Source of the DNA: Acholeplasmataceae bacterium
GTDB taxonomy: Bacteria > Bacillota_I > Bacilli_A > Acholeplasmatales > Acholeplasmataceae
Length of the DNA: 64,000 bases
Direction of reading: 5' to 3'
Assembly: GCA_963667565.1 (NCBI GenBank)
Contig: OY763415.1
Span: forward strand, 1,408,001 to 1,472,000
The number at the start of each line of letters is the position of its first letter. Positions within the stretch are counted from its first letter, which is position 1. The position numbers and the translations under genes were made by a program. The notes below the pieces were generated by a model. It saw only the letters and a list, made by a program, of their open reading frames with translations. It was not told where the DNA came from and searched no databases. Positions 56,849 to 64,000 of this stretch are shown here, piece after piece.

Positions 56849-58804
56849 TTATGCTTTTAAAACTGATTCTACATATGCTGCAAAATCTTCCTTTGTAAAT
56901 TTAAAATATTTCACTGCTTCTTCAATTGGTGCACTAACACCAAATGAATCTAGACCATATACGTTTCTACAATATTTGTACCAAGGCATTGAACTTGCCA
57001 TTTCTACAGCTATTTTTTTAGCTCTTGGAGGCAAAATTTCTTTTTGATACTTTTTAGTTGATTGATCAAATAAATACATTGAAGGCATACTGACCACTCT
57101 TAAGTCATATCCTTTTTCTTTTAGTATTTGTTCAGTTTCTAGAGCAAGTTCAACTTCAGAACCAGATGCCACAATAATACCTTGAAGTTCTTTTTCTTCA
57201 GCTTTAACGACATAAGCACCTTGGATGAGTCCTTCATATGAGGTTTGTTCTTGACTTTCTACATTTTGTCTTGTTAAAACGATGACGGTTGGTGTTGATT
57301 TTGATTCAATAGCAACTTTCCAAGCAGCAACTGTTTCTTTTGCATCTGCTGGATGAATGACATTTAAGTTAGGAATAGCTCTTAATCCAGCAAGCTGTTC
57401 CACTGGTTGATGTGTTGGTCCATCTTCTCCAACACCTATAGAGTCATGAGTAAAGACAAAGATCGATGGAATTTGCATGATTGCTGCAAGTCTGATTGAT
57501 GGCTTCATGTAATCACTGAAGACAAAGAATCCACCTGCAAAAGCTTTAAGTCCACCATGTAAAACAATACCATTTGTGATAGCTGCCATAGCATGTTCTC
57601 TAACACCAAAGTTGATATTTCTACCAATTCTATGTTCCCTAGAAAAATGACCATCCGCACCTTTGGCTTTTGTAGAAGCGGTTAAATCTGCTGAACCACC
57701 TACAATAAATGGATATTTTTCTGATAAAAGGTTGATAACTTTTCCACTTATATTTCGAGTTGCTTCACTCTTAGTAGAAACAATTTGATCAAAATCACTT
57801 AAATCAACTGTAACGTCTTGATTTAAATATGATTCAAATGCTTCATAAAGTTTTGGATATGCTTGTTTGTATTCTAAAAGCATATTATTCCATTTTCTAT
57901 GTACTCTTTGTCCTCTTAAAAATACACGTTTACGATAGTAACTATATACTTCATGAGGAATTTCAAATGGTTGATAGGTCCAATTTAAATTTTTGCTTAA
58001 AACTTCTCTTTGAGCATCTCCGATTGCTGCGCCATGTACCTTTGAAGTACCAGCTAAATCAGTACCATAACCAATCACTGTTTTTACTTCAATGATTGAA
58101 GGTTTATTCGTTTCTTTTTTGGCTTTATTAAGCGCTTTTTGAATATTAACTAAATCATTGCCGTCAGCAACTGATAAATATTGCCATCCCATAGCTTCAA
58201 ATTTTTGTTTGATTTGATCACTATTTGCTAAATTGACAGGTCCATCTAATTGGATATCATTAGAATCAAATAATACGATAAGTTTACCTAATCCTAAATG
58301 GCCAGCTAAACTTGCAGATTCTAGTGCAACACCTTCTTGTAAATCACCATCACCACAAATCACATATGTGTGATGATTAATGACTTCAAAACCTTCTTGG
58401 TTAAACTTTGCTGCTAAATGTGCTTCAGCTAATGCCATACCAACAGCATTTGAAATACCTTGTCCAAGTGGGCCAGAAGTTGTTTCTACACCTTCAGTGT
58501 GTCCATATTCAGGATGCCCAGGTGTTTTTCCAATTTGTCTAAAATTTTTAATATCATCAATAGAAATATTGTATCCAGAAAGATGATTGATTGCATATAG
58601 CAACATTGAACCATGACCAGCAGATAATATAAATCTATCTCTATTGATCCAGTTTTGTTTTTTAATGTCGATGTTTAAATTTTCGGTGAATAATTGAAAA
58701 GCCATTGGTGCAGCATCAAGTACAATGCCTGGATGTCCACTGTTTGCTTTATTGATTGCGTCTACCCCCAAAAACCTAATGGCATTAATCGCTAAATCTT
58801 TCAT
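56849..58804 (-). CDS. tkt: transketolase
   Basis: SGHPG, LSAGHGS, GDGDLQEG, FGVREHAM, GEDGPTHQPVEQ. Confidence 0.97.
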   Translation of the reverse strand: MKDLAINAIRFLGVDAINKANSGHPGIVLDAAPMAFQLFTENLNIDIKKQNWINRDRFILSAGHGSMLLYAINHLSGYNISIDDIKNFRQIGKTPGHPEYGHTEGVETTSGPLGQGISNAVGMALAEAHLAAKFNQEGFEVINHHTYVICGDGDLQEGVALESASLAGHLGLGKLIVLFDSNDIQLDGPVNLANSDQIKQKFEAMGWQYLSVADGNDLVNIQKALNKAKKETNKPSIIEVKTVIGYGTDLAGTSKVHGAAIGDAQREVLSKNLNWTYQPFEIPHEVYSYYRKRVFLRGQRVHRKWNNMLLEYKQAYPKLYEAFESYLNQDVTVDLSDFDQIVSTKSEATRNISGKVINLLSEKYPFIVGGSADLTASTKAKGADGHFSREHRIGRNINFGVREHAMAAITNGIVLHGGLKAFAGGFFVFSDYMKPSIRLAAIMQIPSIFVFTHDSIGVGEDGPTHQPVEQLAGLRAIPNLNVIHPADAKETVAAWKVAIESKSTPTVIVLTRQNVESQEQTSYEGLIQGAYVVKAEEKELQGIIVASGSEVELALETEQILKEKGYDLRVVSMPSMYLFDQSTKKYQKEILPPRAKKIAVEMASSMPWYKYCRNVYGLDSFGVSAPIEEAVKYFKFTKEDFAAYVESVLKA

Positions 58805-58806
58805 AA

Positions 58807-59433
58807 TTATTTTTCCTTATCTTCTATATTTTCTTCTTCTACGATTTCTTCTTGAGGTTGTTCTGGTTGTTTATCATCAAAATCAAAGTAGTTTTGATAA
58901 TGTGTTTCTTGTGCTTTTACAAGCTCATCAAATTCTTCAAGACCAATCGTTGTTCTAATATCCTCTTGTGCTTTTATGTTTTCTTCTTTAACGCGTTTAG
59001 ATGTAATTCTGGTTTGAAACATATTACTGATAAATACGATTGCTAAAAGTCCAAGTAAAACTTGAATCATATAATTTGGTAAATATAATGCTGATAATGT
59101 CGCAACAATCAAATAAAGTGCAATGGTAGGAATCATAAAAAAGTAATTGATCTTTTTAGAGATTTCACCAGCTTTAATTAAAAATCCTAACCAAATGGTA
59201 TTGATTTCTAATTCATAAAAAGGTTTTAATGCCTCGTAATATGATTTTTCAATAAGTACGCGGTACTCATTTGATCCATCAGATGTCCAAATAGCAAACT
59301 TGCCTCTACCTGCATATTGAGTTAAATACATCGTTTCACTCATGTCATAAAATGCAACTTTAGTATCACCTATAAATTGCACTTCAAATGGTTCGTTTTT
59401 TAGACTTTTAAATACTTTAGGGTTTAATTTCAT
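58807..59433 (-). CDS. hypothetical membrane protein (2 TM, acidic tail)
   Basis: 208-aa ORF with GGAGG RBS; two hydrophobic helices; ends 2 nt before tkt. Confidence 0.75.
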   Translation of the reverse strand: MKLNPKVFKSLKNEPFEVQFIGDTKVAFYDMSETMYLTQYAGRGKFAIWTSDGSNEYRVLIEKSYYEALKPFYELEINTIWLGFLIKAGEISKKINYFFMIPTIALYLIVATLSALYLPNYMIQVLLGLLAIVFISNMFQTRITSKRVKEENIKAQEDIRTTIGLEEFDELVKAQETHYQNYFDFDDKQPEQPQEEIVEEENIEDKEK

Positions 59434-59522
59434 CGTTTAATACCTCCAACAATATCATTATATCATTAACTAAATGTATTCATTTAGATTATGTAAATTA
59501 ATACGAACTTATGGGATTAAAA

Positions 59523-59632
59523 ATCCCCATCAAGCATCACCACCCACATAATAGACTATGCTTATGGCTGCTTCGATCAAGACCTGACCAGGTTCACAAG
59601 CTACTATTGAGTGATGATGCTTGATAGGGACT
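59523..59632 (-). ncRNA. ffs: signal recognition particle RNA (small 4.5S type)
   Basis: Long rod with CCCTATCAAGCATCA/TGATGCTTGATGGGG ends; helix 8 signature GAAC..GUCAGG..AGCAGC; directly downstream of tadA as in Firmicutes. Confidence 0.9.
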
Positions 59633-60100
59633 TTATTTCTTTCTTAACGTCTTAAAAAAAGATTTGAGTAGTGCTTCGCTTTCATCAGATAAAATGTCAC
59701 CTTCACATGCTACATGATGATTAAATTTGATGTCAAATAAGTTTAATAAACTGTTTGCAGAACCTGATTTTGGATCTTTAGCACCATAATATACTTTTTT
59801 AACTCTCGATTGAATCATTGCACCAGCACACATTGGACACGGTTCTAGTGTAACATAAATCTCACAATCTTCGAGTCGCCAACTGCCTATTTTTTTAGCA
59901 GCTTTCATCATTGCTAAAAATTCAGCATGGCCATGAAATTGTTGTTTTTCTTCTCTTAAATTATGCGCTCTGGCAATAATCTTATCTTGATAAACAACCA
60001 CCGCACCAACTGGAACTTCACCTTTTTCATAAGCTTTGTTCGCTTCTTTTAGTGCAGCTTTCATGTATTTATATTTTTTTAGGTTTTCCTGGGACTTCAT
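59633..60100 (-). CDS. tadA: tRNA adenosine(34) deaminase
   Basis: GEVPVGAV, HAE, YVTLEPCPMC, GAKDPK; start uncertain (60100 or 60064). Confidence 0.92.
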   Translation of the reverse strand: MKSQENLKKYKYMKAALKEANKAYEKGEVPVGAVVVYQDKIIARAHNLREEKQQFHGHAEFLAMMKAAKKIGSWRLEDCEIYVTLEPCPMCAGAMIQSRVKKVYYGAKDPKSGSANSLLNLFDIKFNHHVACEGDILSDESEALLKSFFKTLRKK

Positions 60101-60659
60101 GATAATGTCTCGATCTTGGTTCATAAGACTCGTTTGCACCAATAAGCACTAAAGGATCATTATAATTGGCAGGTTTACCATCAATGATACGTTGTGTTCT
60201 AGTTGCCGGTAACCCACTCTTAACACAAATCGCTGTGAGTTTAGTAACAAACTCTGCTCTTGCTAAGAGTTCTGGCATTGGGCCAAAAGGTTCGCCTCTA
60301 AAATCACGATCTAGTCCACCAACAATGACTCTTATACCTTTGTCAGCTAACGATTCAGCAATACCCACGATATCAGCATCAAAAAATTGCACCTCATCGA
60401 TAACAACAGCATCCGTATCTTCTTTAACATGGTTAAGGACTTCAATGCTATTTTCAATAATAATTGATGGTTTTTTGCTTAAATTATGAGAAACAATCTC
60501 TTCTTTAGCATATCTTATGTCTATAGCTGGTTTAAATACTAAAACATTTTGTTTTGCGTATTCCAATCTTTTAATGCGTCTTATGAGCTCTTCAGTTTTT
60601 CCTGCGAACATAGGTCCACATACTACTTCGATAAAGCCGTTTTTATAAGTGTGATACAT
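60069..60659 (-). CDS. tdk: thymidine kinase
   Basis: GPMFAGKTEEL, IDEVQFF, GLDRDFRGEPF. Confidence 0.96.
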   Translation of the reverse strand: MYHTYKNGFIEVVCGPMFAGKTEELIRRIKRLEYAKQNVLVFKPAIDIRYAKEEIVSHNLSKKPSIIIENSIEVLNHVKEDTDAVVIDEVQFFDADIVGIAESLADKGIRVIVGGLDRDFRGEPFGPMPELLARAEFVTKLTAICVKSGLPATRTQRIIDGKPANYNDPLVLIGANESYEPRSRHYHEVPGKPKKI

Positions 60660-60691
60660 AACAAATCCCCTTAGTTTTATCCCTTTTTAAC

Positions 60692-60716
60692 AAAAAACGT
60701 GATGATTGATCACGTT
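60692..60716 (-). terminator. terminator after rpmE
   Basis: AACGTGAT..ATCACGTT hairpin plus T-run on minus strand. Confidence 0.65.
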
Positions 60717-60939
60717 ATTCGTTGTCTTTTTTGTTTGCATTAATGCCGTAACGTTTATTGAATTTTTCAACACGTCCAGCAGCTTGAATGAATGATTGTT
60801 GACCTGTGTAGAATGGATGACAATTTGAACAAGTATCTATTCTAAAATCTTTAGCTGTGGTACCAACTTCGTGTTCATGACCACATGTAGAACATTTTAC
60901 TTTAATCACTCTATATTCTGGGTGAATTCCTTTTTTCAT
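60715..60939 (-). CDS. rpmE: 50S ribosomal protein L31 (Zn-binding C+ form)
   Basis: MKKGIHPEY, CSTC, CSNCHPFYTG, GRVEKF; start ATG 60939 after AAGGAG. Confidence 0.97.
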   Translation of the reverse strand: MKKGIHPEYRVIKVKCSTCGHEHEVGTTAKDFRIDTCSNCHPFYTGQQSFIQAAGRVEKFNKRYGINANKKDNE

Positions 60940-60992
60940 TTGAGACTCTCCTTCCGCCATAGCATTAAGCCATAGTAAGTTTTCGCGAATAC

Positions 60993-61021
60993 ATTATATC
61001 ATTATAGATAATGATTGACAA
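60993..61021 (-). promoter_or_regulatory. rpmE promoter
   Basis: TTGTCA-17 nt-TATAAT with TG extension. Confidence 0.7.
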
Positions 61022-61046
61022 GTCTTATATAATAAAAATCTGCTTT

Positions 61047-61565
61047 TTAACTTTTTTCATTGTGAGTTGCTTGCCAAACACTTAAAAATTTCGTTGAAAT
61101 GAGTCCCGTAAGTACACCAGCAGGTACACTAACAAGTAACATCACAGGAAGCCAATACATGATGGCTGATGAACCTAAAACAAAAATACCAACAATGATT
61201 TGACCAATCGCGTGACTGACTGAACCTAAAACACTTACACCTACAATACCAAAGAAATCTGCTTTTTTAAGTAAAGCCATCGCTATAATGGAAAGTGCTG
61301 CACCTCCAAGTCCTAAATAGAATACTGGACCCAAAAATTTACCCGTGATGATGGATACTAAGATAATGCGTAACACTGTCAGTGCTACACCTTCTTTGAC
61401 ACCATATAAATAAATAACGACAAGAGTAACAATATTAGCAAATCCGATTTTTGATCCTGGGATTGGAAGTATATTTAAGTATAAACTTTCAATTACATTT
61501 AAGACAATACTCACTGCAAGTAAGTTTGCAAGTAATACCATTTTTTTTGTTTGTTTTCTATTCAT
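61047..61565 (-). CDS. Gx transporter family membrane protein (ECF S-component-like, EetB-like)
   Basis: IES..P.PG.KIGFANI, LRIIL, GVSVLGSVSHAIGQ, GVLTG. Confidence 0.85.
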   Translation of the reverse strand: MNRKQTKKMVLLANLLAVSIVLNVIESLYLNILPIPGSKIGFANIVTLVVIYLYGVKEGVALTVLRIILVSIITGKFLGPVFYLGLGGAALSIIAMALLKKADFFGIVGVSVLGSVSHAIGQIIVGIFVLGSSAIMYWLPVMLLVSVPAGVLTGLISTKFLSVWQATHNEKS

Positions 61566-61572
61566 ATGTCAC

Positions 61573-62058
61573 CTACTGTATAAAATCAATAGTTGAACTG
61601 GTTGCATCAAATTCAACTCTGATTTGATTTGGTAAACAGATGAGTGGTGCTGCAGTAGACCATCCTTGTTTGCTACACACATGAAGAGGACTCTTTTCAT
61701 CTTTAACTCTAATTCTATCTTGACTAAAATCGACAGCAATGATGACTTCTTGTCTTATATCACCAACCGTATAATCGCCTAATAATGTGATTTCTGTGTA
61801 TCCATCTTCACCATTTAAATTAATGGATGGGTATGTATTCATATATGATTCATCAACAGATTGCTCATAATTAATAACCACTGTATCTTGACTAAAATCA
61901 ACAGTAACAATCGGTTCACCTGTACCATAATAAATGTAGGCATATGTCGATTGTCCTGTATAAATAACTAATTTAAATATCAAAAAAAGCGCAACAAAAA
62001 CAACAACTAATATAGTCATCATATATATATCTCTTTTGCGCTTTGTTTTTTGATTCAT
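61573..62058 (-). CDS. NusG domain II-containing membrane-anchored protein (EetA-like)
   Basis: KRD+TM anchor; RIRV..SPLHVCSKQGW..LICLPNQIRV. Confidence 0.8.
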   Translation of the reverse strand: MNQKTKRKRDIYMMTILVVVFVALFLIFKLVIYTGQSTYAYIYYGTGEPIVTVDFSQDTVVINYEQSVDESYMNTYPSINLNGEDGYTEITLLGDYTVGDIRQEVIIAVDFSQDRIRVKDEKSPLHVCSKQGWSTAAPLICLPNQIRVEFDATSSTIDFIQ

Positions 62059-62060
62059 AC

Positions 62061-63143
62061 TTAATTCCTTTCAAACACTAAATCACCTAATAACGATTGG
62101 GTAATGGTTTCATCATAATTAAATCTAATGTAACTTAAATTAAGTTCGTTTTGATGTGTGTCCATCCATGCATTAAATATGTCATTTGGCATTGAAAACA
62201 GTGCTGTTGATAATGCGTCTAATAGACCAGCATCATCGCCAATCAATGTCACAGTGTGATAATATTGCATAGGCATCTTTGTCACAGGTGATACAATATG
62301 ATGATATCTTAAATCATTATGTAATACAAATTGCTCATAATCGCCACTTGTTGTCACTGATTGATTCATAACATTTTGAACAGTTCCATAGGTGCCACTC
62401 TGATCACAAATCGGACATGTTAATCCAATGTTAAAATAATCTCTATCAACATTAGAATTTAATGCTAAATAAAGTGAGCTGGAACCTGAATTGATGAAAT
62501 AATATTTAACACCTTCTGATGATAAATAATTTGAAATTTGTTGTGTTGCATAACCTTTAGCAATTGCACCGAGGTCAAGTTTTGTATTTTCACCTTGTGT
62601 TTGAATATAATAATGTCCATCAATTTCGCTCAAGTTGAAACCGTTTAATGAAAAATCTAACGCATTAATCGTATCTAAAGCCGCTTGATAATTCACATCA
62701 GGAATGATATTGTTATCATAATTCGCTTCAATAAGTGCTTTCCATACATCAATAGCTTTTCCAATTGTAATATCAAAATAGCCATCAGTTAATGTTTCAA
62801 TAGATTTTGCTTCTTCTAAAATACGATATAATGGTTCATCAATTTCTAATTGTTGACCAGTCTTTTGATTGATTGAATATATATTTTCAAGATATGTGCT
62901 ATCAATTGATAAATCTCTGTAGTTATCAGTTAAATCATGATACATACTTAGCATGTCAACAATATGACTCTCATAGGTTGCAGCAGTTTGATCATCATAG
63001 GTCATAAAATTAACTGTGATAAACGTATTCATATAATCATAGTAATTATAGTTGTATGCGACAAGCGGTTTATCTTCTTTACATGAAAAAAGCGATAACG
63101 TTAATAAAACGCCAATCATTAATAACATAACTTTCTTCATCAA
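62061..63143 (-). CDS. apbE: FAD:protein FMN transferase lipoprotein
   Basis: Lipobox LFSC; FDITIG, LDLGAIAKGYA, TSGDYEQ, YHHI.SP, DALSTALF. Confidence 0.93.
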   Translation of the reverse strand: MMKKVMLLMIGVLLTLSLFSCKEDKPLVAYNYNYYDYMNTFITVNFMTYDDQTAATYESHIVDMLSMYHDLTDNYRDLSIDSTYLENIYSINQKTGQQLEIDEPLYRILEEAKSIETLTDGYFDITIGKAIDVWKALIEANYDNNIIPDVNYQAALDTINALDFSLNGFNLSEIDGHYYIQTQGENTKLDLGAIAKGYATQQISNYLSSEGVKYYFINSGSSSLYLALNSNVDRDYFNIGLTCPICDQSGTYGTVQNVMNQSVTTSGDYEQFVLHNDLRYHHIVSPVTKMPMQYYHTVTLIGDDAGLLDALSTALFSMPNDIFNAWMDTHQNELNLSYIRFNYDETITQSLLGDLVFERN

Positions 63144-63185
63144 AAAACCTCCTTACTTAATGAAAGAAAAGGACATGCTTATGTC

Positions 63186-63503
63186 CTAAATCTTTACATT
63201 TACGGTTGAACCATCTTTATTAGGATGGTCTTTTAAATATTCTAAAATAGGGTTAAAGTTTTTATCAACTTTACCTGGTTTACATTTGGCTAAGTGTGTG
63301 ACTTCACCACTGATGATTGCTTCAGCAAAAGCTCTACATCCAGGTGTTCCACATGCGCCACAGTTATATTTAGGTAACAACTCTTCAAGTGCATCAATTC
63401 TTGGGTCTTCTTCAACAGTCAAATACTTGTTTGCTAATGAAAGAATCACACCTAATGCAATTGCTAATATACCTAATACAATGAAAGGATAAACATTTTC
63501 CAT
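63186..63503 (-). CDS. short RnfB-like protein (TM + single Fe-S domain)
   Basis: TM, VEEDPRI..LP..NCGACGTPGC..FAEA..CKPG; no ferredoxin repeats follow. Confidence 0.85.
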   Translation of the reverse strand: MENVYPFIVLGILAIALGVILSLANKYLTVEEDPRIDALEELLPKYNCGACGTPGCRAFAEAIISGEVTHLAKCKPGKVDKNFNPILEYLKDHPNKDGSTVNVKI

Positions 63504-63724
63504 TATAATTTAACCTCCTTCATAAACTCTAAAGTTTCTTGAAGTTTAGGGTCAGTTAAACTACAAGATGAGGTGCCTGCAACACTACATGATTCACATG
63601 ATTGTGCATCTATATATGCTTGTTCACAGCCTTCAGGAATTTTTGTTTTATCATTTAAAATACCTGTACCCACATATAATATGATTAAAAACAAGACGGC
63701 ACCTATTGCAATAAATATTTGCAT
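63503..63724 (-). CDS. small Cys-rich membrane protein in rnf operon
   Basis: TM then PEGC-x9-CESC-x7-C; stop/start overlaps with both neighbours. Confidence 0.8.
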   Translation of the reverse strand: MQIFIAIGAVLFLIILYVGTGILNDKTKIPEGCEQAYIDAQSCESCSVAGTSSCSLTDPKLQETLEFMKEVKL

Positions 63725-63999
63725 TAAATAATACCTGCCAATCCCATAAAAGCGAGAGCCATAAGACTTGCTGTGATAAGTGCAATTGGCATCCCTTTTA
63801 AGGCTTTTGGTGTGTTTGCGGCATTAAGTTTAATACGTATTGCAGCAAACGCAATGATAACGAGTGCATAACCTAGTGCAGATCCAAGTGCATACATAAG
63901 TGCAGCTGGATAAGTTGTTGGAGATGCCACATTGGTTAATGCTACACCTAAAACAGCACAGTTAGTTGCAATTAATGGTAGATAAACCCCAAGTGCTTT
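63724..63999 (-). CDS. rnfA: Rnf electron transport complex subunit A (5' part outside window)
   Basis: Frame extends to the window edge: LGVYLPLIATNCAVLGVAL..PIALITASLMALAFMG. Confidence 0.92.
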   Translation of the reverse strand, partial: KALGVYLPLIATNCAVLGVALTNVASPTTYPAALMYALGSALGYALVIIAFAAIRIKLNAANTPKALKGMPIALITASLMALAFMGLAGII

Positions 64000-64000
64000 A

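Noticed and set aside
60940..60990. L31 ribosomal leader RNA
   Set aside because: Plausible position (GGCGGAAGGAG) but too short and divergent to support by eye

Overview
AT-rich core-genome segment of an Acholeplasmatales-type mollicute (TGA is used as a stop codon; the 16S/5S rRNA and tRNA-cluster order are Acholeplasma-like; no cell-wall genes are present). Almost every gene is on the minus strand. Contents in order: end of glpK; feoA-feoB plus a small Cys-rich membrane protein; a membrane GGDEF protein; a guanine riboswitch-controlled NCS2 permease; an orphan PTS EIIA; an aquaporin; T-box metG; the ecfA1A2T-truA-tmk-holB-ricT-trmM-terB-like-rsmI block; trxA and an atypical trxB; M3 oligopeptidase; adhE; a lipoprotein nuclease; the complete S10-spc-alpha ribosomal superoperon; a degenerate PTS Enzyme I next to a ROK kinase; degV with a FabT-like regulator; an rrn operon with 14 tRNAs in and around it; mnmG-rsmG-parA-parB; tkt; tadA with SRP RNA; tdk; rpmE; and the tail of an rnf operon with apbE and EetA/EetB-like genes. 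No mobile element or CRISPR array is visible. Most notable: a full-length pseudo-Enzyme I whose phospho-His is Glu and catalytic Cys is Ser; an Rnf operon with a miniaturised RnfB plus an extra Cys-rich membrane micro-protein; repeated loss of structural Zn ligands in housekeeping proteins; a thioredoxin reductase lacking NADPH motifs; a FabT-like operator module; and an SRP RNA without the GNRA loop. All alignments were done by eye against remembered family motifs, not computed.
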